From NCBI RefSeq assembly GCF_006345805.1, contig NC_043010.1, positions 51,894,001 to 51,958,000 of the forward strand: a stretch of DNA of 64,000 nt. Direction: 5' to 3'. The stretch is from Octopus sinensis (lineage: Eukaryota). The position numbers and the translations under genes are program-made. The notes beneath the pieces were generated by a model. It was not told the origin of the DNA, made no database searches, and saw nothing but the letters and a program-made list of their open reading frames with translations. This document shows, in pieces, positions 36,089 through 48,784 of the stretch (the first letter of the stretch is position 1; each line of letters begins with the position of its first letter).

Positions 36089-37911
36089 CTGTTGTATAGA
36101 ATGAGAAGGAAGAAAAATATATTAAGGCAAAAGAAAAAAAAACAGAACAGAACACAAACAGCAACAGAAGAAATTGTTTTAAATGAAATTAGACATTTTC
36201 AATAATATTAATAATAACAATAACTATAAATACCTATTTCTTTATTGCCCACAAGGGGCTAAACATAGAGGGGACAAACAAGGACAGACATAGGTATTAA
36301 GTCGATTACATCGACCCCAGTGCGTAACTGGTGCTTAATTTATCGACCCCAAAAGGATGAAAGGCAAAGTCGACCTTGGCGGAATTTGAACTCACAACGT
36401 AACGGCAGACGAAATAATGCAAAGCATTTCGCCCGGAGTGCTAACGCTTCTGCCAGCTCGCCGCCTAATAACTATGAATACCATCATCACTATCTTCCAC
36501 AGATTAAATTTATATTTACAAGGAGTGACTGTGTGGTAAGTAGCTTGCTTATGAACCACATGGTACTGGGTTCAGTCCCACTGCGTGGCACATTGGGCAA
36601 GTGTCTTCTACTATAGCCTCGGGCTGACCAAAACCTTGTGAGTGGATCCGGTAGACGGAAACTGAAAGAAGCCCGTCGTATATATGTATATATATGTGTT
36701 TGTATGTATGTGTGTGTTTGTGTCTGTTCCCCCCCCCCTCAACATCACTTGACAACCATTGTGTATATGTGTACATGCACACACACAATGGGGTTCTTTA
36801 AGTTTCTTATTTCTTTATTGCCCACAAGGGGCTAAACAGAGAGGGGACAAACTAGGACAGACAAAAGGATTAAGTCGATTATATTGACCCCAGTGCGTAA
36901 CTGGTACTTAATTTATCGACCCCGAAAGGATGAAAAGCAAAGTCGACCTTGGTGGAATCTGAACTCAGAATGTAACAGCAGACAAAATACCGCTAACCAT
37001 TTCGCCCAGTTCACCACCACCTTTAAGTTTCTGTTTACCAAATCCACTCACAAGTTTATAGTAGAAGACATTTGCCTAAGGTGTCATAAAATGAGACTGA
37101 ACACAAAACCATATGGCTGGGAAGCAAACTTTACCACACAGCCATTTCTTAGTCTACAGAAGAAATCAGATAAAAGCATCCACATCAACACACACGAAGG
37201 ACATCCAGCTGTAAAAACCATGCCAAAACAAACCTCACCTGTGCTGGTGCCATGTGACAAGCACTCAGCCCACTCTGCAGAGTGGTTGATGTTAGGGAGG
37301 GCATCCAGTTGTAAAAATCATGCCAAAACAGACAGAGTAGCCTGGTGCAGTCTTCCACTTGGCCAGCTCCTGTCAAACCGTCCAACCCATGCCAGCATGG
37401 AAGGCAGATGTTAAATGATGATGATGATGATGATAAATACACCTGAGACCCCCTTCAGTCATGACTGACTGTAGGATTGCACCTAGAAAGTTACCCTCCC
37501 AGGCACAGGTCCGGGCAAGGTTGTTTATGGAAGACCAGCAGTCGCCCATGCATACCGGCCTCCCCTCTCCAGTGAAGGTACATGGTTCAGTGGTTAGAGT
37601 ATCAAGCTTACGATCGTGATGTCGTGAGTTTGAATCCCAGACCGGGCTGCATGTTGTGTTCTTGAGCAAGACACTTTATTTCATGTTGCCCCAGTTCACT
37701 CAGCTGTAGAAATGATTTGCGACATCACAGGTGCCAAGCTGTATTGGCCGTTGTCTTTCCCTTGGATAAATACACCACAAAATAATTATTTAGGTGTGAG
37801 TGGATGTAGATTCAAACTTAGATATTTTTAAAAGTATATTACCACAGTACATCCACCAGACTTCTTCAAATACAAAAAACACTGGGGGACTGTTTTCATA
37901 GTTTAACTTAC

Positions 37912-38022
37912 CAAGAGGGAAGTAGCGGTCAGCAGACACATATTGTTTGCCGATTGGAAGTAACTGGTTGGATATATTCACAGGGTTTATGACACTAGAT
38001 GCTTTCTTGGCTGAATCTATCG
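37912..38022 (-). CDS. NUP155: NUP155 exon
   Basis: IDSAKKASSVINPVNISNQLLPIGKQYVSADRYFPL; ttttttccag| and |gtaagt. Confidence 0.9.
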
Positions 38023-38268
38023 CTGGAAAAAAAAGATAAGAAAAACCACATGCTAATACTTCTCTATATGTCTGTCAATATGACAATTAATAACACAAAA
38101 GATACATTTTTAATTAATTGTTAATTATTCACTACTAAGTTTAAAATTGAAAATTAATTATTTTTAAAATAAAAAAAAACATTCATTTCATTACAGTTAG
38201 GAATGAATTAAGAACTGCAATTTTCAAAGACATAAACACAAATTAAAAAGAGAAAAACAACAAGAAAA

Positions 38269-38497
38269 TTAACCCTTTCGTTACCAAGCCGGCTGACACC
38301 GGCTTTTTCTTTCAGTATAAATGTCTTGTTTTCATAAGTTTTGAATTAAAATCTTCCACCGAACCTTAGTCACAATTTAATGTTCCTAACACTAGCTGAA
38401 TGATAACTAAGTTATTTTACTAAATTCTTTGTTATATTTAAAATAATTGAAAGAAACACAGAGCATCTCAAAATAAATACAGTAACAAATGGGTTAA
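38269..38497. mobile_element. piggyBac-type MITE family 2
   Basis: TTAA-CCCTTTCGTTAC ... GTAACAAATGGG-TTAA. Other copies at ~34084-34300 and, inverted, at 54182-54410. Confidence 0.75.
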
Positions 38498-39480
38498 GGG
38501 ACTGAACAAGATAAAACTCATGGGACAACAATAGGATAACAAAGAGGACTGAACAACAAGACTATTAAGGGACTGAATGGATAGGATAACTCAGGGAACT
38601 GAAAAACAGGATAACAAAGAGGACTGAACAGCTGGCAATAAGGGGACTGGATGATAGGACAAGGGGATTAAATATCAGGCCAACTAGAGGACTAAAAAAC
38701 AGGACCACTAAGGGAATATTATGTTTCTCTAAGTCTGTCTAAGGCAGTGAAACATACAACTGGTAGAGTGTCTTACAGTGTTAACTTGACAAAATGCACA
38801 TGTGTGTACTTCAGAATTACAAGTACAATCTATCTGAGGTTCTCGTACTTTCTGTCTCCTGTCAATATTCAGTGATAAGGTTTGGGACAACCTGAGGCTA
38901 TGTTAAGGGTACTTGCCCAAACCTGTGTTCACAGGATTGTCAAGTGGACTTCTTGGCCACTGTAGCCATGTCTGCATTCATCTCTGCTGTCTAGTTTCTT
39001 TTTGTATTACTCTTGCTCTTTGGCCGAGCTGCAGCAATTTTTGTCAGGTTCCCAAAGCATCAAGTGCCGAAAATGAACTTTCTTATCTTCCATTTTAAAG
39101 GGTTACAGAATTAACACAGGTTATAGGAACATAAACCTTCTTCCACGAAAAGATAGCTTAAACTGTGCTCTAAATGGAGGTGTGGTCAAATCATATTTTA
39201 TGGACTCAACCATGTTCTAAAATAAGTCGAAAGGTAAGCTACTATAAATCGGCACAAACTTTCCGGACAACCCAATATTTCCCTATGACTGGACATGATT
39301 TCATGGAAGAATCGAAACAAAGGATGCTGCTTGTGTGATGATGACACAACAATCATGTGATGTTAATTACAAAGAAACAGACGCACACACACATAGATAT
39401 GACAGGCATCTTTCAGTCATGTTGAGGTTCACCTCGTTGGCTCAGGCTCAGTTTGGTGGTGAGAGTGTCTTGAGACTTAC

Positions 39481-39601
39481 CTGAATCTATAATACTTTGC
39501 CAAAGATTTTCAATGAGAGCTGGATCAAAGAGGCCAGCAGAATGGACAATAGCCAGCTTGCATTCATGCAGGCCGTATGGATCAGCAAATTTTTCATAGA
39601 G
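39481..39601 (-). CDS. NUP155: NUP155 exon
   Basis: LYEKFADPYGLHECKLAIVHSAGLFDPALIENLWQSIIDS; hallmark FADP..L.ECKLAI. Confidence 0.95.
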
Positions 39602-40097
39602 CTGAAAGGGAGAGGATATAAAAAGTATTAGAGAGAATGAGAGAGAGAGAGAGAGAGAATGATAGAGAGAGAATGAGAGAGAGAGTGAGTGAGAGAGAGA
39701 GAGAGTGAGAGAGAGTGTGAGTGAGTGTGAGTGAGTGAGAGAGAGACTGTGAGTGAGTGAGAGTGAGTGAGTGAGAGAGAGAGTGAGTGAGAGAGAGAGA
39801 TGATTGTGAAGAAGAGAGAACTGTGAATAAAAAAAAGAAATAAAGAGTGTGAACGAGAGAGAGAGAGGCAAAGAGAGGGATAAACAATTATGCATGAGAA
39901 ACAGAGAGAAAGGCAAAGAGTGAAAACTATGAATGAGAGAGCAAGAACAATGAACAGTTAAGAGAGAGAGTGAGCAGAGAATTGAAAGAGAAAAAAGAGA
40001 AAGAAAATGGGTGCAAATGAAAGGAGGAGAGAGAGAGAGAGATTGAAAAAGAGTAGGAGATAATGAGACACAGAGTGTATTAATAGGTGAGACTTAC

Positions 40098-40199
40098 TGA
40101 TGAAATATCTAAAAGATCAGAATTCAAAGCAGTCAACACTTCGTTGTTGCACTGCATAGTGCAGAAAGCATTGTAGACCATCATCTGTAACTTAGCAAC
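40098..40199 (-). CDS. NUP155: NUP155 exon
   Basis: VAKLQMMVYNAFCTMQCNNEVLTALNSDLLDISS; gttgcag| and |gtaagt. Confidence 0.9.
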
Positions 40200-40378
40200 C
40201 TGCAACGGAGAACAAACCATGTGGGAAGGAAATTAGTTTCATAATTAATAACTGTGTGCGCGTGCATGCGTACACACACAGCTGTTGGTAATATGTTTGT
40301 GGATTTGGCAGAACTACATACAAACATTTAAGTGTGGTGGGGGCCAACAGGCATACACAGAAACATATGTAGTCACTC

Positions 40379-40608
40379 TTAACCCTTTAGTGTTCACATT
40401 ATTCTACCAAAATTAATCCTTTTTTCATCCAAATTGTTTTGAACTAATCATGCGTTATCTTGTAGCTTTGAGATTTTGATGAGGTAGCTGTTAATTTTTA
40501 AAACGATATTGTAGGGTTGGTGTGAGAGACCAGATCTGGCCAGTTTGAACTTAAGACAGGCAGAATACTTTTGGCCGGATATGGCTGGTTTAAATGCTAA
40601 AGGGTTAA
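40379..40608. mobile_element. piggyBac-type MITE family 1, intact copy
   Basis: TTAA-CCCTTTAG ... CTAAAGGG-TTAA terminal inverted repeats. Confidence 0.8.
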
Positions 40609-41247
40609 GTTGTTTTTAAGTTATGTCCTTTTCTACTTTTTTTTTTTAAGAAAGTAATGGAAAAAAATGAAGTTCAATTAAGTCAATTAATCTGACTTTG
40701 CATCAGTCTCAGTGAATATAATTAAAAGCATAAATACGTTTTTTTGGATCTTTACCTTTTGACGTACAGATTTAAAAAATAATTTTTTGTAACTAAATAC
40801 TTTCAAACTTCGGACACTGGTAGAATGTGTTCCCATTTTGGGAAACCACTGTCGCTTTGAGATTTCAATGATGAAATTGGTTATTTTAGAATGACATTGT
40901 AAGGTAGGTATGAGAAGCCAGATCTGTCCGACTTGAACACAAAACAAGTAGAAATCTTAGGCTGGATTATTTGAAGGCGGCGAGCTGGCAGAAATGTTAG
41001 CACGCTGTGTGAAATTCTTAGTGGGATTTCGTCTGCCGTTACGTTCCGAGTTCAAATTCTGCCGAGGTCAACTTTGCTTTTCATCCTTTCGGGGTCGATA
41101 AATTAAGTACCAGTTACGCACTGGGGTCGATGTAATCGACTTAATCCGTTTGTCTCCTCTATATCTAGCCCCTTGTAGGCAATAAAGAAATAAGAAATCT
41201 TAGGCTGGATATGACCGATTTAAATGTTCAAGGGTTAATGTACTTAC

Positions 41248-41377
41248 ATCCATCTTCTCCTCCAGTTCATGCAAGAATTCTCCTTCCGTGGCTACGCTGG
41301 TCATCAATGTGGAACCTTTAGCACAGGCTATGGCACGAGATAAGTACTCAACACGCTGTGACAGGGTGAGATCAGAC
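41248..41377 (-). CDS. NUP155: NUP155 exon
   Basis: SDLTLSQRVEYLSRAIACAKGSTLMTSVATEGEFLHELEEKMD; hallmark GEFLHELEEK. Confidence 0.95.
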
Positions 41378-41828
41378 CTGAAATACAAACACACACGTAG
41401 TCATGAATTCGTTTAACTTCCATTTGTTTTGTTTTTTGTTTTTTAACCATACTAAAATGGGATGGACAGAGACATATTTGAGGCAGGATTTTACAGCTGG
41501 ATGCTCTTCCTGTTCCCATCCGTTGCCTGCTTTACAAGTATGGGAATATCAGCATTCACATACATTTCCTCACACACACAATCCTTTTACGACTCTCTCC
41601 TTCATGCTAGCATGGGTTAGATAAATATGTTATGAAGGCACTGATTTACATTTGGATACTCTTCCTACCACTAATCCTTATCTGTTTTTCAAATAAGGGA
41701 TTTCTTATTCCATAGGCTCTTCAAAGCAACAAATGAATGAGTAATCTATTCACTAGAGAAATTTCAACAGAAAGTGCAAACCTTGTGACTTTTGAATAAC
41801 TGGGGAAAAATATGTAAAGAAGCTCATA

Positions 41829-41871
<43 letters not shown>

Positions 41872-41879
41872 CACTTGTG

Positions 41880-42456
41880 AAGACCTGTTGAGGCAAGTGA
41901 AAATCAAATCAAATCAAATCAAAATAGATGAACATCAATGGAATTTGAAACTTTGTGGTACCAGTGCCGGTGGCACATAAGAAAACCATCCGAACGTGGC
42001 CGTAGCCAGTACCGCATCGACTGGCCTCCGTGCTGTGGGCACGTAACAAACACCATCCGATCGTGGCCATTTGCCAGCCTCGTCTGGTACCTGTGTCAGT
42101 GGCACATAAAAAACACCATCCAAGCGTGGCTGTTCGCCAGCCTCGTCTGGCACCTGTGTCGGTGGCACATAAAAAACACCATCCGAGCGTGGGCATCTGC
42201 CAGCCTCATCTGGCACCTGTGTCGGTGGCACATAAAAAACACCATCCAAGCGTGGCCATTCGCCAGCCTCGTCTGGCACCTGTGTCGGTGGCACATAAAA
42301 TCACCCACTACACTCTCGGAGTAGTTGGCGTTAGGAAGGGCATCTAGCTGTAGAAACACTGCCAGATCTGACTGGCCTGGTGCAGCCTTCGGGCTCCCCA
42401 GACCCCAGTTGAACCATCCAACCCATGCTAGCATGGAAAGCGGACGTTAACGATGA

Positions 42457-42460
<4 letters not shown>
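41880..42460 (+). mobile_element. (GAT)n-tailed SINE (family C) with internal 63-bp tandem repeats
   Basis: cactacactctcggagt..gttggcgttaggaagggcatc..ccaacccatgctagcatggaaagcggacgttaa(cgat)n. Internal 63-bp period (anchors at 42058, 42121, 42184, 42247). Many other family-C copies (near 1670, 20610, 24590, 33125, 37190, 54835, 62150, 63885). Confidence 0.8.
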
Positions 42461-42496
<36 letters not shown>

Positions 42497-42929
42497 TATT
42501 ATATTATATGATCATCATCATCTTAATGTCCTCTTTTCCATCTCACATGGGTCAGATGGAATTTGTTGAGCAGATTTGACAATGACTGGATGCCCTTCCT
42601 GTTGCCAACCCTCATCTGTTTCCAATAAGGTAAATTTTCCCATGGTTAGACAGGTCTTCACAGAAGATTGGAAACAAAGTACACTGCTTATATGACAGTG
42701 ATACTCATTTACAACTATTACACTATGCCAAAACAAGGAGACATTAACACACTTACACACACATATCATCATCATTATTTCTCGTCCGTTTTCCATGCTG
42801 GCATGGGTTGGATGGTTTGACAAGAGCTAGCAAGGCCAGGAGTCACACCAGGTTCTACAGCTGGATGCCCTTCCTAACACCAACCACTTTACAGAGTGTA
42901 CTGGGTGCTTTTTACACAGCACCATTACC

Positions 42930-45190
42930 AGTGCTTTTTACGTGACACCAGCACCAATGCTTTTTACGTGACACCAGCACCAGTGCTTTTTACGTGACAC
43001 CAGCACCAGTGCTTTTTACGTGACACCAGCACCAATGCTTTTTACGTGACACCAGCACCAATGCTTTTTACGTGACACCAGCACCAGTGCTTTTTACGTG
43101 ACACCAGCACCAATGCTTTTTACGTGACACCAGCACCAATGCTTTTTATGTGACACCAGCACCAATGCTTTTTATGTGACACCAGCACCAGTGCTTTTTA
43201 TGTGACACCAGCACCAGTGCTTTTTACGTGACACCAGCACCAGTGCTTTTTACGTGACACCAGCACCAATGCTTTTTACGTGACACCAGCACCAATGCTT
43301 TTTACGTGACACCAGCACCAATGCTTTTTACGTGACACCAGCACCAATGCTTTTTACGTGACACCAGCACCAGTGCTTTTTACATGACACCAGCACCAGT
43401 GCTTTTTACGTGACACCAGCACCAGTGCTTTTTACGTGACACCAGCACCAATGCTTTTTACGTGACACCAGCACCAGTGCTTTTTACGTGACACCAGCAC
43501 CAATGCTTTTTACGTGACACCAGCACCAGTGCTTTTACGTGACACCAGCACCAATGCTTTTTACGTGACACCAGCACCAGTGCTTTTTACGTGACACCAG
43601 CACCAATGCTTTTTACGTGACACCAGCACCAGTGCTTTTTACGTGACACCAGCACCAATGCTTTTTACATGACACCAGCACCAGTGCTTTTTACGTGACA
43701 CCAGCACCAGTGCTTTTTACGTGACACCAGCACCAATGCTTTTTACGTGACACCAGCACCAGTGCTTTTTATGTGACACCAGCACCAGTGCTTTTTATGT
43801 GACACCAGCACCAATGCTTTTTATGTGACACCAGCACCAGTGCTTTTTATGTGACACCAGCACCAATGCTTTTTACGTGACACCAGCACCAATGCTTTTT
43901 ACGTGACACCAGCACCAGTGCTTTTTACGTGACACCAGCACCAATGCTTTTTACGTGACACCAGCACCAATGCTTTTTACGTGACACCAGCACCAATGCT
44001 TTTTACATGACACCAGCACCAGTGCTTTTACGTGACACAGCACCAATGCTTTTTACGTGACACCAGCACCAATGCTTTTTACGTGACACCAGCACCAGTG
44101 CTTTTTACGTGACACCAGCACCAATGCTTTTTACGTGACACCAGCACCAATGCTTTTTATGTGACACCAGCACCAATGCTTTTTATGTGACACCAGCACC
44201 AGTGCTTTTTATGTGACACCAGCACCAGTGCTTTTTACGTGACACCAGCACCAGTGCTTTTTACGTGACAACCAGCACCAATGCTTTTTACGTGACACCA
44301 GCACCAATGCTTTTTACGTGACACCAGCACCAATGCTTTTTACGTGACACCAGCACCAATGCTTTTTATGTGACACCAGCACCAGTGCTTTTTACCATGA
44401 CACCAGCACCAGTGCTTTTTACGTGACACCAGCACCAGTGCTTTTTACATGACACCAGCACCAATGCTTTTTACGTGACACCAGCACCAGTGCTTTTTAC
44501 GTGACACCAGCACCAATGCTTTTTACATGACACCAGCACCAATGCTTTTTACATGACACCAGCACCAGTGCTTTTTACGTGACACCAGCACCAGTGCTTT
44601 TTACATGACACCAGCACCAATGCTTTTTACGTGACACCAGCACCAGTGCTTTTTACGTGACACCAGCACCAGTGCTTTTTACGTGACACCAGCACCAGTG
44701 CTTTTTACGTGACACCAGCACCAATGCTTTTTACGTGACACCAGCACCAGTGCTTTTTACGTGACACCAGCACCAATGCTTTTTACGTGACACCAGCACC
44801 AGTGCTTTTTACATGACACCAGCACCAATGCTTTTTACATGACACCAGCACCAATGCTTTTTACGTGACACCAGCACCAGTGCTTTTTACGTGACACCAG
44901 CACCAGTGCTTTTTACGTGACACCAGCACCAGTGCTTTTTACGTGACACCAGCACCAATGCTTTTTACGTGACACCAGCACCAGTGCTTTTTACGTGACA
45001 CCAGCACCAATGCTTTTTACGTGACACCAGCACCAGTGCTTTTTACATGACACCAGCACCAATGCTTTTTACGTGACACCAGCACCAATGCTTTTTACAT
45101 GACACCAGCACCAATGCTTTTTACGTGACACCAGCACCAGTGCTTTTTACGTGACACCAGCACCAATGCTTTTTACATGGCACCATCACA
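42930..45190. repeat. 26-bp minisatellite, about 85-87 units
   Basis: Unit GTGCTTTTTACGTGACACCAGCACCA, head-to-tail without spacers, grown out of a family-C SINE (42765-42930). Confidence 0.97.
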
Positions 45191-45514
45191 AATACATTTT
45201 ATGTGGCACACACACACACACACACATATATACATAGGATGGGTTTCTTTCAGTTTCCCTCTATCAAATCCACTCAAGGCTTTGGTTTGCCTGGGGCTAT
45301 AGTAGAAGACATGCCCAAGGGGAACTGAACCCAAAACCATGAGGTTATGAAGCAAACTTCTTGATCACACAGCTACAATGAACATAGTTTTTTTTCTATT
45401 TCCATCGACCAAATCCACTTACAAGGCATTTGGTAGTTATGGGCTATAAGTGAAGATTCTTACCCAATTTACCACACAGTGGAATGGAACCTGACACTAT
45501 ATTGTTGCAAAGTT

Positions 45515-45747
45515 AAGGCGGCGAGCTGGTAGAAACGTTAGCACGCCGGGCGAAATTCGTAGTCGTATTTCGTCTGTCGTTACGTTCCGAGTTCAAATTC
45601 CGCCGAGGTCGACTTTGCCTTTCATCCTTTCGGGGTCGATAAATTAAGTACCAGTTACGCACTGGGGTCGATGTAGTCGACTTAATCCCTTTGTCTGTCC
45701 TTGTTTGTCCCCTCTGTGTTTAGCCCCTTGTGGGTAGTAAAGAAATA
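45515..45747 (+). mobile_element. Full-length young family-A SINE with perfect 17-bp TSD
   Basis: tatattgttgcaaagtt at 45498-45514 and 45748-45764. Confidence 0.9.
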
Positions 45748-45866
45748 TATATTGTTGCAAAGTTATCTTTTCAACGACACAGCCATGCCTATGCCTACAT
45801 ATATACATACTAACCACCTCATCCCTTTATTCCTCATACCAAAAGATAGAATACTCAAGAACTCAC

Positions 45867-46024
45867 CCGTGTTTTTCTGCCAGCCTTGATAAGATACGAG
45901 CAGCAGCAGGAAAGTTTTTGTTCTTCTGGTAGAACTTCCATAGCAAATCAAGAATCAGTGTCTTGTCATCTTGAACAATGCTGGCTTTCCATTTCAGGTA
46001 CGTCTCCAAAAATGGGCTCTTGAT
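45867..46024 (-). CDS. NUP155: NUP155 exon
   Basis: IKSPFLETYLKWKASIVQDDKTLILDLLWKFYQKNKNFPAAARILSRLAEKH(G); donor |gtgagt. Confidence 0.93.
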
Positions 46025-46366
46025 CTGCATAAGTAAAAATAAAGGTTTTATTAGATGAACAAGAAAACAAAAATTAGGGGTCAAAATGCTAGAAGAATGT
46101 CCAGATTATCTTGTAATGCTTAAGGGTTATTAAATTAGAGGTGGACACAAGGCACTTGTGCTGGTGGAATGTTAAAGGCACCCATGCTGATTGCATGTTA
46201 ATAGCACCCAATACACTCTGTGGAGTGGTTGGTATTAGGAAGGCCACACAACCATAGATAACAAGAACAGACAACTACAGCCTGGTGCAGCTCTCTAGAT
46301 TGCCAGCTCTGGCCAAACTGCCTAACCACATGCCAGCATGATAATATATATATATATATATATATA

Positions 46367-47270
46367 TTGGGTTTGCAACTAAGTTCACACCATTCTTTTA
46401 AATTTTGGAATCTGATTTGTTTTGTTTTTCTAGTTAATTTTAGTTAATTTTTGTTTATTTTCAAATCATTAAAATGGAATGTCAAGTTAAGAAAAACGAG
46501 CATTTTCGACACCACCTTTTTGCTTTTAATCAAGGTTCTAAGGCCGCAAAAGCTGCTCGTGACATTTGTGCTGTATATGGAGAGGGTGCCATAGCTGAAA
46601 GAACCACTCGTGATTGGTATGCCAAGTCCAAAAATGGAAATTTTGACCTCAAAGGCACACCTCGTTCTGGCCGTCCAGTTGAGCTCAATGAAAAGTGATT
46701 AAACCAACTTTTGTGCCGAAAATTCTCGTTAAACGAGAAAATGGAAATGCTCCCACACTGCTGTGGAGAAGCATCTTCACTCGATGGGAAAGGTTCAGAA
46801 GTATGGAGCATAGGTTCCACATGCTTTAAGTGACAACAAAAATTCAACGAGCCACAACCTCCTCTGGTTTGCTTGCTCGTCACCGCTCAACTCATGGACG
46901 CAAGCAACAATTTTTTTACCAAATAATTACTGGTGAAGGAAAATGGTGCCTGTACATCAATATGAAGCAGTGTAAGGAATGGCTTAGCGTCGGTAAACAA
47001 GCGACACCACATGTGAAACAAGATCTTCATCCGCGTAAAACGATGTTGTACGTATGGTGGGACTGGGGAGGGATTATCCATTATGAATAGCTTGAAGGGA
47101 ACCAAACAGTCAATGAGGAACTCTATGTTCAACAGATGGAACAACTCAACACGGCTATTCAAGAGAAAAGACCTAATCGGCAGCATGGAGTTCTTCAGCT
47201 GCACAACAACGCCCACCCTCATATCGTCAATATGACCAAGGAATCCATTCAAACGCATGGCTGGGAGTCA
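46367..47270 (+). mobile_element. Degenerate mariner transposon, 3'-truncated
   Basis: TA + TTGGGTTTGCAACTAAGTT TIR. Fragments MECQVKKNEHFRH..KAARDICAVYG..PRSGRP, IITGEGKW, LHNNAHPH; stops and frameshifts. Confidence 0.88.
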
Positions 47271-47674
47271 TGACCTGGGTGGGCCCAGCTCCCGTACTGT
47301 GTCAGGTATAAGGGCAGAAACACTTGCCAGATGGGAGTTCTTCTTCTGAAGATCTCTCCTGCTGTACGCTCACCTTGCGGGAAGTTTCTGGTATTTATTT
47401 ATTTATTTATTTAGCTATGAGATTTTGATGCGGTGTTAATTTTTAGAATGATATTGTAGGGTAGGTGTGAGATGCCAGATATGGCCAGTTTAAACTATGA
47501 TGATAATGACAAAAAAATGTTATTACAGTCCATTCAAAAATCTTGTATAGCCCATGTCAAAGCTTTATATGCCACCCATCTCATGGATCAGTGTATTAAA
47601 GGCGGGGTGGGGGGTATGTGATGTAAAGTAGGACCTTTCTCGAGTATTAGAAATGGTAATAGGTGTTGTTTTAC

Positions 47675-47779
47675 CTCAATGAGTTTGTCATTCAAATTGT
47701 TCTGCAACAGCCAGTCATACAGCGCCACATGAAATAACTCGTCGTCTGACTTCAAAGCTAATTTAAATACCTGCTCTTT
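47675..47779 (-). CDS. NUP155: NUP155 exon
   Basis: [35 protein letters not shown]; ttcttgcag| and |gtaaaa. Confidence 0.93.
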
Positions 47780-47861
47780 CTGCAAGAAAACAACAAAATG
47801 ATGTCACAATGTTAAAAATGGTATGTGTGTTTATATTCATACACATATACACACTAATATA

Positions 47862-47893
<32 letters not shown>

Positions 47894-48784
47894 CATACAT
47901 ACACACACACGTGAATTTTAGCCTTGCTCTCTTTAACCCAATGCAAAATTTTCCATACTTAAGTGGAAAATCAAATTGTAATGTATTATATTTCTCTGAT
48001 AGGTTATGATTACATGACTGCTGGTGCTGTTATGTAATATAAAGTTAATCCAAACAAGAAAGCACAAAAAAACACAACAACGTGAAACAAATATAGTATT
48101 ATTGGACGCTCAGGAAAGAAGGAGGGTTTAACATTTCGAGCGGAGCTCTTCGTTGGATATGGATATATATATATATATATATATATATGTGTTTCCAATG
48201 AGGAGCTCCGCTCGAAATGTTACTGAGATCTTCTTTGGTCATGACTGACCATGGGATTGCACCTAGAAAGTTACCCTGCTAGGCACAAGTCCGGGCAAGG
48301 TTGTTTATGGAAGACAAGCAGTCGCCCATACATACCAGCCACCCACCCCTCTCCACGCCACCAGTGTTATCCAAGGGAAAGGCAAAGGCTGATACAGCTT
48401 GGCACCTGTGACATCACAACTCATTTCTATAGCTGAGTGAACTGGAGCAATGTGAAATAAATTGTCTTACTCAAAAACACAACACAGCCAAGTCCAGGAG
48501 TCGAACTCACAACCTCACGGTCGTAAACTCGACACTCTAACCACTGAGCCATGTGCCCTCACCATATAAAATACAGTGTACATTTAAACACATTAAGAGG
48601 AATCCATCATAGGACTCCCTTACGCTAGTTGTAATGTGACCTTTTTCTCATTCAGTTTACTTTTTCTATCTCACCAGGAAGAAAATTCAGAGTCCTTTCT
48701 CACTCTCTCTCTCTCTCCACTCAAATTCCTTTTAGGGCTGCATTTCAGGAGATGGGAAGGAGATGAGAGAGCAACACAGGAAAG

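Noticed and set aside
39594-39916. Long S/L/H-rich ORF extensions (also near 58.0-58.4 kb and 31.5-32.0 kb)
   Set aside because: (GA)n, (GT)n and (TA)n microsatellite translations.
41909-42434. Five overlapping ORFs with repeated peptide motifs
   Set aside because: A 63-bp (21-codon) repeat lacking stops inside a SINE gives open frames on both strands.
42930-45190. CRISPR-like array
   Set aside because: Units are head-to-tail with no unique spacers, there are no cas genes, and the context is a eukaryotic intron; the unit derives from the adjacent SINE.
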